Virus record (IMG/VR): IMGVR_UViG_3300000203_000003
Location: 77,979 to 141,978 of that record
Origin: a virus
Lineage: Duplodnaviria > Caudoviricetes
DNA: 64,000 nucleotides
Reading direction: 5' to 3' (one strand)
The position numbers and the translations under genes are program-made. This document shows, piece by piece, positions 32,040-42,273 of the stretch. Each line of letters opens with the position of its first letter. The first letter of the stretch is position 1. The notes below the pieces were generated by a model, which made no database searches, was not told the origin of the DNA, and saw nothing but the letters and a program-made list of their open reading frames with translations.

Positions 32040-32106
32040 GCTGATGATCCTCCAGATCGTTAGAGAGGGCGGGAATCTCACCTCCGTGGCTCTCACTTTT
32101 ATTTAT
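32028..32106 (-). promoter_or_regulatory. Conserved structured endonuclease leader, copy C
   Basis: - strand: ATAAATAAAAGT-GAGAGC-CAC-GGAG-GTGAGA-TTCC-C-GCCCTC-TCTAAC-GATC-TGGAG-GATC-ATCAGC-ATG-ACTATTTAT. Confidence 0.85.
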
Positions 32107-32138
32107 GCCAAAACTACAAATAAAGATAAATACTTAAT

Positions 32139-32747
32139 ATGAAAACAGCCGACGAATTTTTCGATAACATTGACTACCCCAGCATCATTGACACTATCAA
32201 AGGTATCTATACCTCAGATGGATCTATGTCAACCCTACTCGACTTTGAGCGATGCTTGGACGAAGCCAATCTTTACGCATTTAAGAACTGGGAACTTGGC
32301 GAGTTGGTAGACGGACCGCGAGTGAAGAAATACACGGTGTCATGCGTATTCATGTGGCCGCACAAGCTGATGCCCGATCCACGCGGCGCCAAGAGATTAC
32401 TGTCTGTTGGGTGCAAGATCAAGTTCAAGAAAACAAAAATCAAAGTCCCGGTTCAAGTAGAAACACCCGATGATTATCTACCCGGCGGCCGATATCCGAA
32501 GTCAGTTATGAAACCAATCTGGTTGATTCTTATTCAGATCCCAACAGAGTTGATGGATGATGTTAAAGAAGGTTCTATTGATCTTGCTGATCAAACTATT
32601 GATCTGGAGGAACTTGACGATTCGTATGACGAGGATCTGGATCAAGATGACGGCACTGAGGACGAGGAGCCAGGTGGTCAGCCCGGTCCTGAAGATCAAG
32701 GTGCTCCGGGACAAGCAGGCGGAATGCCACCCCCACCACAGATGTAA
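32139..32747 (+). CDS. Hypothetical protein with acidic/Pro-rich tail
   Basis: GATAAATA 6 nt before ATG. Confidence 0.65.
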   Translation: MKTADEFFDNIDYPSIIDTIKGIYTSDGSMSTLLDFERCLDEANLYAFKNWELGELVDGPRVKKYTVSCVFMWPHKLMPDPRGAKRLLSVGCKIKFKKTKIKVPVQVETPDDYLPGGRYPKSVMKPIWLILIQIPTELMDDVKEGSIDLADQTIDLEELDDSYDEDLDQDDGTEDEEPGGQPGPEDQGAPGQAGGMPPPPQM

Positions 32748-32748
32748 T

Positions 32749-33309
32749 ATGAACAAAATACTATCAGAAGGTTTAGATTGGCATGACCTCGAAGGTCAGC
32801 TTGAAAAAATAGTCAGTGTTGATGACTATAGCGCACACATGGGCGAAGATTGCGATATCGTGACTCTGGCTTTCATCATCAGATCAGAACGAGCAGGCAA
32901 CGATCTTGTTGACTGGTTCGAGCGCGGATATGATTGGGTGCTTGATGCTCAAGTAAGCGAAGGTGAACTACGTCCCGGTCGTTATGTTGTGTTCGTTGAG
33001 CTAAGTCGCCGCACAACTGTTCCTGAAAGAATCATTGAGTTGCTTGCAGACATGGAAACACTTACTGATATTCCATTGAAAGACTGGACTATCAAAGTTG
33101 ACGATGAAGAATATCCCGCTGAAGAAGATGTGCTAAGTCAGGTCATCGTTCTTTCTCCGCATGAGTATCGTGAAGAAGAAGAAACCAACGACAACGAAAC
33201 TGAAGAAGGACTTAATGAAGTTCGCAAGGCGGCAGGCATTCCAGTTAAGCAGATTTATAATGCTGCTGATACTGAGATGAAAAACTACAAGGCGTTAGCA
33301 GGCCTGTAA
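32749..33309 (+). CDS. Acidic hypothetical protein (possible head protein)
   Basis: Start reassigned to MNKILSE-G; ends KALAGL like the 909-aa protein. Confidence 0.55.
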   Translation: MNKILSEGLDWHDLEGQLEKIVSVDDYSAHMGEDCDIVTLAFIIRSERAGNDLVDWFERGYDWVLDAQVSEGELRPGRYVVFVELSRRTTVPERIIELLADMETLTDIPLKDWTIKVDDEEYPAEEDVLSQVIVLSPHEYREEEETNDNETEEGLNEVRKAAGIPVKQIYNAADTEMKNYKALAGL

Positions 33310-33798
33310 ATGGCAACTATACTGGCAAGAAAAGTCCAGGACGAGATTCCAATTGCGACTGACGATGAGGCTGAAAGTCTACTTGTCGCAGATCCTACAG
33401 TAACCCAATTCTCGTCAAACTACGGTTCCAATCAAGGAACCTCTTTCGGTTCTACATATAACAACAACCAATCAAATAGTTCGACCCCAGTGTTAACTGG
33501 TGCTGCACCGTCGAACGCCGCATCAGGTGCTGACATTTTGGTAAAAGCAGACGAACACTGGATTAACAGACGCTGGCGCCCTGCAATGGGTTGGTTGTAT
33601 ATGGCAACTTGTCTGTTCGACTTCATCCTCTTTCCGATTCTATGGAGCATATTACAAGCACTGACAAAAGGATCGGTAACTATGCAATGGCAACCACTGA
33701 CCTTGCAAGGTGCCGGTCTGTATCACATCGCTATGGGCGCGGTGCTTGGCATCGCAGCATATGGCAGAACTCAAGAAAAGATTTCCGGATCCAATTGA
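33310..33798 (+). CDS. Holin-like membrane protein (3TM/GTA-holin type)
   Basis: WRPAMGW, hydrophobic segments, LG..AYGRT.EK. Confidence 0.65.
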   Translation: MATILARKVQDEIPIATDDEAESLLVADPTVTQFSSNYGSNQGTSFGSTYNNNQSNSSTPVLTGAAPSNAASGADILVKADEHWINRRWRPAMGWLYMATCLFDFILFPILWSILQALTKGSVTMQWQPLTLQGAGLYHIAMGAVLGIAAYGRTQEKISGSN

Positions 33799-33823
33799 CA
33801 TTTATTCAAATATAGTGTATAAT
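33795..33823 (+). promoter_or_regulatory. Perfect sigma70 consensus promoter
   Basis: TTGACA-17-TATAAT; ATG 5 nt downstream. Confidence 0.85.
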
Positions 33824-33828
33824 ACGCT

Positions 33829-34617
33829 ATGGACCATTATAAAACGCTCGGCGTCACGAAGACTGCCACGCAAGACGAAATCAAATCTGCTTACCGAAAA
33901 CTAGCAAGCAAGCACCACCCTGATAAAGGTGGCAACACAGGTGAGTTTCAGAAGATTCAGACAGCATACGACATACTTGGTGACGCAGATAAGCGACAAG
34001 AATATGATAACCCTCGCCCTCAAATGGGCAGCGGCTTCCCAGGTGGATTCAACTTCGGTCACGGTGGCAATCCGTTTGAAGATATGATGAGCCAGATTCT
34101 CAGACAGCGGCACTCGCAGCCACAACAGCAAGTATATCGAACGACTATCTGGATCTCATTGGAACAGGTGTATAGCGGCGCCGAGCAAATACTTCAACTA
34201 CAAACACCAACTGGTACACAGACTGCAAAAGTAGCAGTGCCAAAAGGGATTCAAGATGGTGGACAGGTCCGTTTAGAAAACATCATCGAAGGTGCCTCTC
34301 TGATAGCAGAGTTCCGAACTCACCAGCATCTCAAGTATACACGACACGGGCAAGACCTGGTGTGTAATCAGCAGATATCAGTTCTGGATCTGATTGTGGG
34401 CACATCATTTGAGTTCCAGACTATATCCGGTAAAACACTTGAGGTAACTATCCCACCCAAAACACAACCATATAACCAGATGAAGATAGCCGGTCATGGA
34501 TTGCCGATTCCAAATAGTCCGGCGTTTGGTGACCAAATAATCTTGCTTAAACCATTCATACCTGTTACAATAGACGAATCGATAACTAACGCTATTTTGC
34601 AGGCCAAAGCAAAGTAA
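33829..34617 (+). CDS. DnaJ/CbpA-like class B J-domain chaperone
   Basis: DHYKTLGV, AYRKLA.KHHPDKGG (HPD), G/F linker, DnaJ C-domain, no Zn finger. Confidence 0.9.
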   Translation: MDHYKTLGVTKTATQDEIKSAYRKLASKHHPDKGGNTGEFQKIQTAYDILGDADKRQEYDNPRPQMGSGFPGGFNFGHGGNPFEDMMSQILRQRHSQPQQQVYRTTIWISLEQVYSGAEQILQLQTPTGTQTAKVAVPKGIQDGGQVRLENIIEGASLIAEFRTHQHLKYTRHGQDLVCNQQISVLDLIVGTSFEFQTISGKTLEVTIPPKTQPYNQMKIAGHGLPIPNSPAFGDQIILLKPFIPVTIDESITNAILQAKAK

Positions 34618-34635
34618 ATATTTAAAAGGAAATAC

Positions 34636-36912
34636 ATGACCAACTCACCTGAAACAGAAGCAATCATTGAATCGGCGATTGCCTTCGCAAAAGAGCGCAA
34701 ACATCAGTATTGCACCATTGAACATCTTTTACTTGCGTTGGTAAGTCACCCGCCATTCAAGAAATGTCTGACAAGCTTCGGCGCTGACACTGATGCACTA
34801 ATCAATGAACTTAGTGCGTATCTGGGCAGTCTTCATGCTATCGTTGCAAATGTCGCCCCTGAAGAGGAAGTTAATCCTCGCAGGACAAACTCACTGGAGC
34901 GCGTGATGAATCGATCAGTGACACAGGTTCTGTTCACCGGACGCAAACAAGTCACCACAATTGATCTGTATCTGAGCATCGCCACAGAAGCTAATAGTCA
35001 TGCTCACTACTTCCTGTTGAAGTACGGTGTCATTCGCAACGAGTTTGTTCAACACTGGCAAAAGACTTACAAGGGCGCTGAATACACAACTGCTTTGTCA
35101 GATGGTCAAGCTGACGAAATCCTCGAAGAACACACAACTAATCTTACTCTACTTGCTAAACACGGCAAGCTGGAGCCGATGATTGGTCGTATTCAGGAGC
35201 TTGATGACATTGCTAATGTATTGGCAAAACGCTTTAAATCAAATGTGTTGATGGTGGGCGACCCCGGCGTAGGTAAGACAGCAATCGCAGAAGGTCTTGC
35301 CCAGATGATCGTTGATAAGTCAGCGCCTGAGTTCCTACATGATCACGAAATGTATTCGCTTGAAATCGGATCATTGCTTGCTGGCAGTAAGTATCGCGGT
35401 GACTTTGAAGAAAAAGTCAAAGCAGTTCTGGAAGCACTGAACACCAAGAAGAAAGCTATTCTGTTCATTGACGAAGCTCATACGATGCAGGGCGCCGGCG
35501 GCAGCACCTCAGGTGCAGTTGACTTTGCGAACATGATTAAGCCAGCTATCACCAAAGGCACTCTGAAAGTTATCGCCTCGACAACTTGGGAAGAGTATTA
35601 CGAATCGTTTGAAAAGGACAGGGCGTTGATGCGTCGATTCTATCGTGTGTCTATTGACGAGCCAAGTCACGATTCTACGATTCGCATCCTGTCTGGTCTC
35701 AGTACACGACTAAGCGACTTTCACGATGTTCAAATCACTGACGAAGCAATCACCGCAGCAGTTGATTCAGCAGCGCGATACATTCACGACCGCAAGAATC
35801 CTGACAAGTCTATCGATGTGCTTGACGGCGCCTGCGCTAAACAACGTGTGCTTGGCAACAAGCAAGCAGTGATCACTAAAGAGTTGATTCACGAACAAGT
35901 TGAACGCATGACCGGTGTACCTGCTGAAAAGTTGTCAGGTGACAACTATGATCGTATTGCATCGCTTGAGTTGAACATCAAGGGCAAGCTGTACGGGCAA
36001 GATGAAACTGTCAGTCAAGTGTTGGAACGCATCTATGTCAGCTTTGCAGGTATCGGAAACGACACCAAGCCTACAGCATCGTTTATCTTCACTGGACCAA
36101 CTGGTACTGGTAAGACAGAACTGGCACGACTGTTAAGCAAAAATCTTGATATGCCGCTGCTCAAATATGATATGAGTGAATACAGCGAGAAACATTCCGT
36201 GTCAGCATTGATCGGTCCGCCCCCGGGCTATGTAGGCTTCGGTGACAGTCAAGTTGGCGGCGGCCGATTGATCAATGATCTGAGCAAGAACCCGCACAGC
36301 ATCATGCTATTTGATGAAGTTGAAAAAGCTCATCCTGATATCTTCAACATCTTTCTTCAAATGCTTGACGAAGGACGCATCACTGGTTCGAATGGTAAAG
36401 AAGTCAGTTGCAAAAACTCTATCATCATCATGACCAGTAATCTCGGTTCTGCTGATGGCGAGAAGAATAACATCGGCTTCGGCACACAAGAAAAGCACGG
36501 TGAAGATGACAAAGCACTCAAGGAATTCTTCAAGCCTGAATTCAGGAATCGCATCGATCTGATCTGTAAGTTCGGCAAGCTGGACACCCTGGCGATCAAG
36601 AAAATCGTTATCAAGTTCACTGAGGAACTGAAAAAATCTCTTATTGAGAAACATCAGATTACATTCTCGTTATCTGAGCCGGTTGTCGAGTTCCTGGCAA
36701 ATCAAGGTTACGATCCTAAGATGGGCGCCAGGCCCCTTGGTCGTAAGATTGACGAACTGGTCAGAATTCCGCTGAGTAAGAAGATTCTGTTTGAGCGTGT
36801 GAAGAATGCAACTGTCACGGCGGTGATGGTTGACGGTGCAATCGGGTTCAATGTAGTTCAGAAAGTCAATGCTCACATCGGTGAAGATGGAGTGATTCAG
36901 CTTGAAAGTTGA
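34636..36912 (+). CDS. clpA: ClpA-like AAA+ unfoldase
   Basis: EHLLLAL N-domain, two Walker A/B sets (GDPGVGKT/FIDEAH; GPTGTGKT/FDEVEKAHP), IGF loop, GARPL; no middle domain. Confidence 0.92.
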   Translation: MTNSPETEAIIESAIAFAKERKHQYCTIEHLLLALVSHPPFKKCLTSFGADTDALINELSAYLGSLHAIVANVAPEEEVNPRRTNSLERVMNRSVTQVLFTGRKQVTTIDLYLSIATEANSHAHYFLLKYGVIRNEFVQHWQKTYKGAEYTTALSDGQADEILEEHTTNLTLLAKHGKLEPMIGRIQELDDIANVLAKRFKSNVLMVGDPGVGKTAIAEGLAQMIVDKSAPEFLHDHEMYSLEIGSLLAGSKYRGDFEEKVKAVLEALNTKKKAILFIDEAHTMQGAGGSTSGAVDFANMIKPAITKGTLKVIASTTWEEYYESFEKDRALMRRFYRVSIDEPSHDSTIRILSGLSTRLSDFHDVQITDEAITAAVDSAARYIHDRKNPDKSIDVLDGACAKQRVLGNKQAVITKELIHEQVERMTGVPAEKLSGDNYDRIASLELNIKGKLYGQDETVSQVLERIYVSFAGIGNDTKPTASFIFTGPTGTGKTELARLLSKNLDMPLLKYDMSEYSEKHSVSALIGPPPGYVGFGDSQVGGGRLINDLSKNPHSIMLFDEVEKAHPDIFNIFLQMLDEGRITGSNGKEVSCKNSIIIMTSNLGSADGEKNNIGFGTQEKHGEDDKALKEFFKPEFRNRIDLICKFGKLDTLAIKKIVIKFTEELKKSLIEKHQITFSLSEPVVEFLANQGYDPKMGARPLGRKIDELVRIPLSKKILFERVKNATVTAVMVDGAIGFNVVQKVNAHIGEDGVIQLES

Positions 36913-37612
36913 GAGCAGAAATAAACTATGGTACGGTAAATACACTTACCGTGCCAAGTTTACTTTAGTTGGAATCAATCGCACATACGCCTGTAAGACT
37001 TTCCTTCAGTTTTTAAAGAAACTAGAACAAAATCTCAGCGATAAGCCAAACGCGCCTTGGGCATCGGAATGGCAAAGTAGACTTCAAAGAGAAATCAAAG
37101 AGGTTGAGTTAGATTCGATTGAGAACTATATCAACTGGCGCGCCAAGTTCACGGGGAAAGGTGGTCCTGCTCTGATTCGCTCAGAGAGTAATTCTGCCGC
37201 AGTGTTCAGTAATGATCTGGCTCTATTACAGACATTACAAAACATCGATCCTGATCTAATTATCATCTTTACCAGAGTTGATAACAATATCCCTGAGGGG
37301 CACAAGTATTACGCTAAAGAGCCACCTCACAAGTTTCGCGTATATTTACGATCAATGGATCTGAAAGAACTGCCGTCATTCAGACAAGACTTAAAAGAGT
37401 TTTTTGAGCGATACCTGAACACAAAAACTGTAGTTGTTCCAAGCAGGGCCCTAACTCAATGGTTAAGACAGACTACCAGTTCTTGGCGTATGCGATATTG
37501 CTACGAACACTTCTATATAGATTATGACAATCCAAGCACATATACGCTGATATCACTGATGTTTGGTGATATGCTCTCTGCAATGTATAAATTAGAAAAG
37601 CGCCCACAGTGA
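36902..37612 (+). CDS. Hypothetical protein
   Basis: TTG start overlapping the clpA end. Confidence 0.55.
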   Translation: MKVESRNKLWYGKYTYRAKFTLVGINRTYACKTFLQFLKKLEQNLSDKPNAPWASEWQSRLQREIKEVELDSIENYINWRAKFTGKGGPALIRSESNSAAVFSNDLALLQTLQNIDPDLIIIFTRVDNNIPEGHKYYAKEPPHKFRVYLRSMDLKELPSFRQDLKEFFERYLNTKTVVVPSRALTQWLRQTTSSWRMRYCYEHFYIDYDNPSTYTLISLMFGDMLSAMYKLEKRPQ

Positions 37613-37635
37613 TAAATACTTGAAGGAGTATTTAT
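37612..37635 (+). promoter_or_regulatory. Late promoter whose sequence pairs over the downstream SD (translation-blocking hairpin)
   Basis: ATAAATACT-TGAAGG-AGTATTTAT; SD AAGGAG lies inside the hairpin. Confidence 0.7.
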
Positions 37636-37639
37636 TACC

Positions 37640-37804
37640 ATGGCTCAGATACAATCAGAAACAATCGTTATCACGTTTTCCAAGTTAGTCAAATCAGACG
37701 TAGGTGCTGACGCAATCACCAGCGAGGAAACAATTCTGGCACTTGAACAAGTCGCACAAGAGTTAGTCGCCGCTGGCGTAGTAGTTGAAGTGACAAAAGC
37801 ATAA
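37640..37804 (+). CDS. Small 54-aa protein missed by the ORF track
   Basis: MAQIQSETIVITFSKLVKS..ALEQVAQELVAAGVVVEVTKA; SD AAGGAG; TAATG coupling to the next gene. Confidence 0.7.
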   Translation: MAQIQSETIVITFSKLVKSDVGADAITSEETILALEQVAQELVAAGVVVEVTKA

Positions 37805-38172
37805 TGTCTCAATCTACGACACTGATCCTGTTGCCACAGACGGTATACGACGGTGGCGCAAACTATGAAGCATATACTGTCACTGGAAATGCTCAACACG
37901 CCGCTGGTTATTATCTTGGCAACCGTGATCTACAAACAGTAAGTCTGAGCCTGACTAATGTGACAGGTAACATCGTCATTGAAGCAAGTTTAGCAACGAC
38001 ACCCGGCGCTCTGGACTGGTTCAAAGTATACGAACTTGAAGCAAATAACACTTCAAACGTAAACGCCAATGCGTCTACTTACTCTAACATTGAAGGCAAC
38101 TTTGTCCACATGAGAGCAAAGGTAGAAGGATTCTACAACGGCATCGTGAACTTCGTAAAACTTAGCTATTAA
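37804..38172 (+). CDS. Beta-rich hypothetical (possibly virion) protein
   Basis: Coupled ORF in late operon. Confidence 0.55.
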   Translation: MSQSTTLILLPQTVYDGGANYEAYTVTGNAQHAAGYYLGNRDLQTVSLSLTNVTGNIVIEASLATTPGALDWFKVYELEANNTSNVNANASTYSNIEGNFVHMRAKVEGFYNGIVNFVKLSY

Positions 38173-38173
38173 A

Positions 38174-40591
38174 ATGAAAACAATCGTCGTAATGCCAGGA
38201 GGCTTTCATCCGTTTCACGCAGGACATTATGCTCTGTATAAATCAGCAGTGGAGGCCTTTCCCGGCGCTGATGTGTATGTCGCTGCAACAAACGATCAAA
38301 AAGCACGACCTTTCCCGTTTGCGATTAAAGAGAAACTTGCTAAGATAGCCGGCGTTGCTCCAGGACATTTCGTTCAGGTGTCAAGTCCATTCAAAGCAGC
38401 AGAGATAACTCAGCACTACAACCCTGATCAGGATGTGCTGATCTTCGTCCGTTCAGAGAAGGACCGAAACGAACAACCTAAGCCCGGTGGCATGAAGAAG
38501 GACGGCACCCCATCTTACTTTCAGCCATATACAGGAAAAGGTATGCAGCCGTTCAGTAAACACGCTTACTTCGCCTATCTGCCTACGGTAGAGTTTGGTC
38601 CTGGCATCACCGGCGCAACAGAGATTCGCAATGCCTGGCCGACATTGAATCCTACTCGCAAGACAGCAATGGTTATGAGCCTGTATCCAGCAACGAAACA
38701 GAATCCTCAGCTGGCTGCGAATGTAGTCAAGATGATGGATCTTGGCATGGGCGGCCAGCCCGAAGTGGATGAGAGTAAAGAGGAGGCACTTCAGTATGCT
38801 ACTCAGGCTCATGCCGGACAAACGAGAGCAGGTGGTGCTCCTTATATTTCACATCCGATAAGTGTAGCAGATTCAATCAAGCAATACAAGAAATCACACA
38901 ACCTCGATGCGTTAATCAGTGCTGCACTATTACATGATACCGTAGAAGATACTGACACCACTCATGAAGCCCTACACGATTTATTCGGTGGTTTAGTTGC
39001 CTCACTAGTTCAAGAACTAACTAGCGACAAAGAGAAGATTCAACAAATGGGCAAAGCTGATTATCTGGCACAGAAAATGGCTGCTATGAGCAGTTATGCT
39101 CTGGTGATAAAACTTGCCGATCGACTCGACAATGTTCAAGATATTGCTACTGCTAAAACTCCAGAGTGGAGGGCGAAGTATAGGGCAGAAACTGAAAAGA
39201 TTTTAGACTATATTGAAAAGCATCGCGCCTTATCAGGAACGCACCAGAAGTTAATAGAACTTATCCGTAACAAGTTAGGCGAGATTGATAGTCATCAAGG
39301 TGTAACAGAAGACACCTCATCCTCAAGTCTTCCGGATGTTCTGTATCACGGTGGTGAACACCAGATAAGCAAGTTCAGAATTCCACCCTACGGTGTATTT
39401 TTCAGTCCCCATAAAGAATGGGCAGAGGAATACGGTGACGCGCTAACTACCGCAAAAGTCAACGCCACGAAAGTGTATGTCGCCGATTCTGATAACTGGA
39501 ACGATCCAAACTCGTTTGACGCTAAAGTGCTTGACGCACTGTTTGACCGTGACTATAAAACTTTGGCAGTATGTGTCAAAGTATTACAGGCTCGAGGCTA
39601 TCAGGCACTTCAAACGCAGACTGACAGCGAAATGGTTGTGGTGTTCCCGGGAACTGAGATTCAAGTATTACCGCCGGATGAAGGAGTTGAGTTAAAATTC
39701 AACTCAAATTCACTCAACGAAAGTCAAATCTATTCGTATTTTAAGAAGAAATATTCTCTCTACGAAAGTGAAAAATTCCCACAGAGAATGGTATCAAGTA
39801 TTAAAAAGATAAATGAAACAGACAACCATAATGAAATTAAACAATTTATCCATCGGGTTGAAACCTTTGACTATCCTGGTCGGATCAAAGTAGGAGATTC
39901 CTTGGCAGTTTTAGATTTTGAGATAAACTTCGCCTGGAAAGAAATTGAAGGTCGTGGATTTACACAGGCAAAAAGAATAACAAAAATATCGGCTGATAGC
40001 GCCGGAATAAATTATATAGAATTTGAAGACGGTGACCGATATCCTAGACTTGCAAAAGCAACGTTCGGAGATAAACAACGACCCATGGAATTTGCCGCGT
40101 ATTTTAAAAAATCAAATGATGCGGAACACGCCATTACGGTATTAGGGTTGATCGTGCCCGATACATGGGAATACAATACCAGTGAAATTCAACGTGGCAA
40201 CACTTCTGAAGTTGACGAACAATTCACCACTAATCTGACAACCGAGGGTGACCTAAATGAACTCCATTCGGACACCTTACATAGTTATGCAGGAAAGGCA
40301 TGTGACCGTAATACCAAGAGTATTAGGCAAGCAGATTGGAAACGAACTACCCCGGATGAGAGAGAGAAGATTCACCAAAAAGTTCTAAGAAGATGTGACG
40401 GTATAGGAAGGGCTTTGGACAAGGATCATGCCAAGCAGGAGAATGAACTGTTGAAGAATATTCCACCTCATTTACGCAAAAAATTAAGGCTTCCTGAACC
40501 ATATGTTGATGAAGGCTCGGACATCCAGTTGTCCAAACCAATCAAACCTTTCAATCAGGTTAAACAATATCCTCTGACCGCCCTGCTATAG
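38174..40591 (+). CDS. Multidomain protein: HIGH-family cytidylyltransferase-like + SpoT/Mesh1-type HD hydrolase + ART-like + unknown domains
   Basis: PGGFHPFHAGH; AH.GQ.R..G.PYI.HP..ALLHDTVEDT..KLADRLDN; VLYHG..GVFFS..A..YG; linkers VDES, QGVTED, LNES, INET, VDEG. Confidence 0.75.
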   Translation: MKTIVVMPGGFHPFHAGHYALYKSAVEAFPGADVYVAATNDQKARPFPFAIKEKLAKIAGVAPGHFVQVSSPFKAAEITQHYNPDQDVLIFVRSEKDRNEQPKPGGMKKDGTPSYFQPYTGKGMQPFSKHAYFAYLPTVEFGPGITGATEIRNAWPTLNPTRKTAMVMSLYPATKQNPQLAANVVKMMDLGMGGQPEVDESKEEALQYATQAHAGQTRAGGAPYISHPISVADSIKQYKKSHNLDALISAALLHDTVEDTDTTHEALHDLFGGLVASLVQELTSDKEKIQQMGKADYLAQKMAAMSSYALVIKLADRLDNVQDIATAKTPEWRAKYRAETEKILDYIEKHRALSGTHQKLIELIRNKLGEIDSHQGVTEDTSSSSLPDVLYHGGEHQISKFRIPPYGVFFSPHKEWAEEYGDALTTAKVNATKVYVADSDNWNDPNSFDAKVLDALFDRDYKTLAVCVKVLQARGYQALQTQTDSEMVVVFPGTEIQVLPPDEGVELKFNSNSLNESQIYSYFKKKYSLYESEKFPQRMVSSIKKINETDNHNEIKQFIHRVETFDYPGRIKVGDSLAVLDFEINFAWKEIEGRGFTQAKRITKISADSAGINYIEFEDGDRYPRLAKATFGDKQRPMEFAAYFKKSNDAEHAITVLGLIVPDTWEYNTSEIQRGNTSEVDEQFTTNLTTEGDLNELHSDTLHSYAGKACDRNTKSIRQADWKRTTPDEREKIHQKVLRRCDGIGRALDKDHAKQENELLKNIPPHLRKKLRLPEPYVDEGSDIQLSKPIKPFNQVKQYPLTALL

Positions 40592-40655
40592 GGTAAATAG
40601 AAATATTTTGAGCCACTTTGGCCAGAGTAAATATTTCTATCTTACAGAGGATCTC

Positions 40656-41531
40656 ATGGCAAAGAAAAAAGAAGCAGCAACTATTCCAGTTGAAAAGTTA
40701 CAAGAAATCGTAGAACAAAACCCAGCAGCACCGGTATCCGAACCTGCTCCCGGAACAGTACAAGTCAACGTAGACTTTCTGAAAACAACACGGGTTCACA
40801 TTGGAATGCCATGTTATGGTGGTATGCTGACTGAATCTACATTCATGTCGTTTATCAAGTGGTCAAACACCGCACGACAGCTTGGCATCGATTGGACATT
40901 GGAAACAATGGTCAACGAATCGCTTATCTCTCGCGCACGAAACACACTGACAGCAAAGTTTTTGGACATGCCAGATGCCACTCACTTGTTCTTCGTTGAC
41001 GCAGACATTGGTTGGGAACCATGGCACCTGTTAGTTCTGTTGAATCGTGACGTTGACGTTATCGGTGGACTATATCCAATGAAGACAATGCCAGTCAAGT
41101 GGGTTGTTAATGGATTTGATGGTGCCGAAGAAGGACCTGATCAACTACAAGAAGTCAGCAAAGCGGGCACAGGCTTCCTGTTGATGAAGAAACACGTATT
41201 TGAGAAGTTGAAATCTCACCCGGCAGTAAAGCAATATGTGAACGATATCGGTCTTGATCCGAAATATGACAAACATCTGAAAACATATTTCGACACCGCA
41301 GTTCGTCAAAATCGTTACTATAGCGAAGACTGGTGTTTCTGTGAAAACTTTAGAGATATCGGCGGAAAAATTTGGATGGACAAACGAGTTCTGCTGCGTC
41401 ACACCGGCACTTATACTTTCTGTATGGAAAATCAGGAACACTTGTTGAATACGATCGGACCCATGTATTTAGATCAACAGCGACAAAAAGGCTTCAAACT
41501 AATAGACCAAGACGGAAACGAGATTAAGTAA
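40656..41531 (+). CDS. GT-A fold glycosyltransferase-like protein
   Basis: GMPCYGG, ESLISRARN, FFVDADI (DxD), GTGFLL, YSEDWCFC, LRHTG; start reassigned to ATG 40656 (SD GAGGA). Confidence 0.75.
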   Translation: MAKKKEAATIPVEKLQEIVEQNPAAPVSEPAPGTVQVNVDFLKTTRVHIGMPCYGGMLTESTFMSFIKWSNTARQLGIDWTLETMVNESLISRARNTLTAKFLDMPDATHLFFVDADIGWEPWHLLVLLNRDVDVIGGLYPMKTMPVKWVVNGFDGAEEGPDQLQEVSKAGTGFLLMKKHVFEKLKSHPAVKQYVNDIGLDPKYDKHLKTYFDTAVRQNRYYSEDWCFCENFRDIGGKIWMDKRVLLRHTGTYTFCMENQEHLLNTIGPMYLDQQRQKGFKLIDQDGNEIK

Positions 41532-41545
41532 AGTCTTTATCAAAT

Positions 41546-41567
41546 AAAAGGCTCTTCGGAGCCTTTT
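41546..41567 (+). terminator. Intrinsic terminator
   Basis: AAAAGGCTC-TTCG-GAGCCTTTT. Confidence 0.85.
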
Positions 41568-41600
41568 CCTATCCTCGCAGTAATAGGACTAAATAATAGT

Positions 41601-42266
41601 ATGATTGCTTATTCTAAACTAAATCCACCAACTGGCTTCTATGTATATATGTGGCTTCGGGAAGACCAGAGTCCATATTATGTAGGAAAAGGTATGACTC
41701 GCAGAGCTTGGCGATCAGGATCTCCAATTGATCAAACCCGCATTGTTATAGTTGAGCATATGCTCACTGAGGAGGAAGCGTTTAGTAAGGAACGACAACT
41801 CATTAAAGAGTACGGTCGTAAAGACCTCGGAACAGGCATATTAAGAAATATGACTGATGGCGGAGAAGGAGCATCAGGGCAGGTACAGACAATTGATACT
41901 ATTGAAAAGCGACATAAAACACGCAAAGAAAATGGAAATTGGGGCAACGCATCACTGATAGGTAGTAAACAAGCGGCGGAAGAAATATCCAGAAAAAGCG
42001 AAAGACAACGCGGTCAAAAACATTCTCCTGAGCGTAATGCGAAGCGCAGTGCAGCATTGAAGGGTAGAAAGTTATCCCCTGAACATATAGCCAAGCGAAC
42101 TGCTACGGTAACTGGCAGAAAACAACGACCTGAAGTTATTGAAAACCGATCAGCGCAACTAAGAGGGCGAAAGCAAGAGGTGATAACTTGTCCACATTGT
42201 GGCAAATCCGGCGGGTGCGTAGTTATGAAGAGGCACCACTTTGACCATTGTAAATCTATCCGATAA
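41601..42266 (+). CDS. Free-standing GIY-YIG-like endonuclease with NUMOD3 repeats and CPHC finger
   Basis: FYVYMWLR..PYYVGKG, ILRNMTDGGEG, G.K.SPE repeats, CPHCGK..HHFDHC. Confidence 0.85.
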   Translation: MIAYSKLNPPTGFYVYMWLREDQSPYYVGKGMTRRAWRSGSPIDQTRIVIVEHMLTEEEAFSKERQLIKEYGRKDLGTGILRNMTDGGEGASGQVQTIDTIEKRHKTRKENGNWGNASLIGSKQAAEEISRKSERQRGQKHSPERNAKRSAALKGRKLSPEHIAKRTATVTGRKQRPEVIENRSAQLRGRKQEVITCPHCGKSGGCVVMKRHHFDHCKSIR

Positions 42267-42273
42267 ATACTTG

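Noticed and set aside
32041-32065. CTGATGA (hammerhead core) on the + strand of leader copy C
   Set aside because: No GAAA after stem II, and the other copies read CTGATTG or CTGATGC.
37645-37899. 84-aa minus-strand ORF
   Set aside because: The + strand has a 54-aa ORF with promoter, SD and TAATG coupling at the same place.
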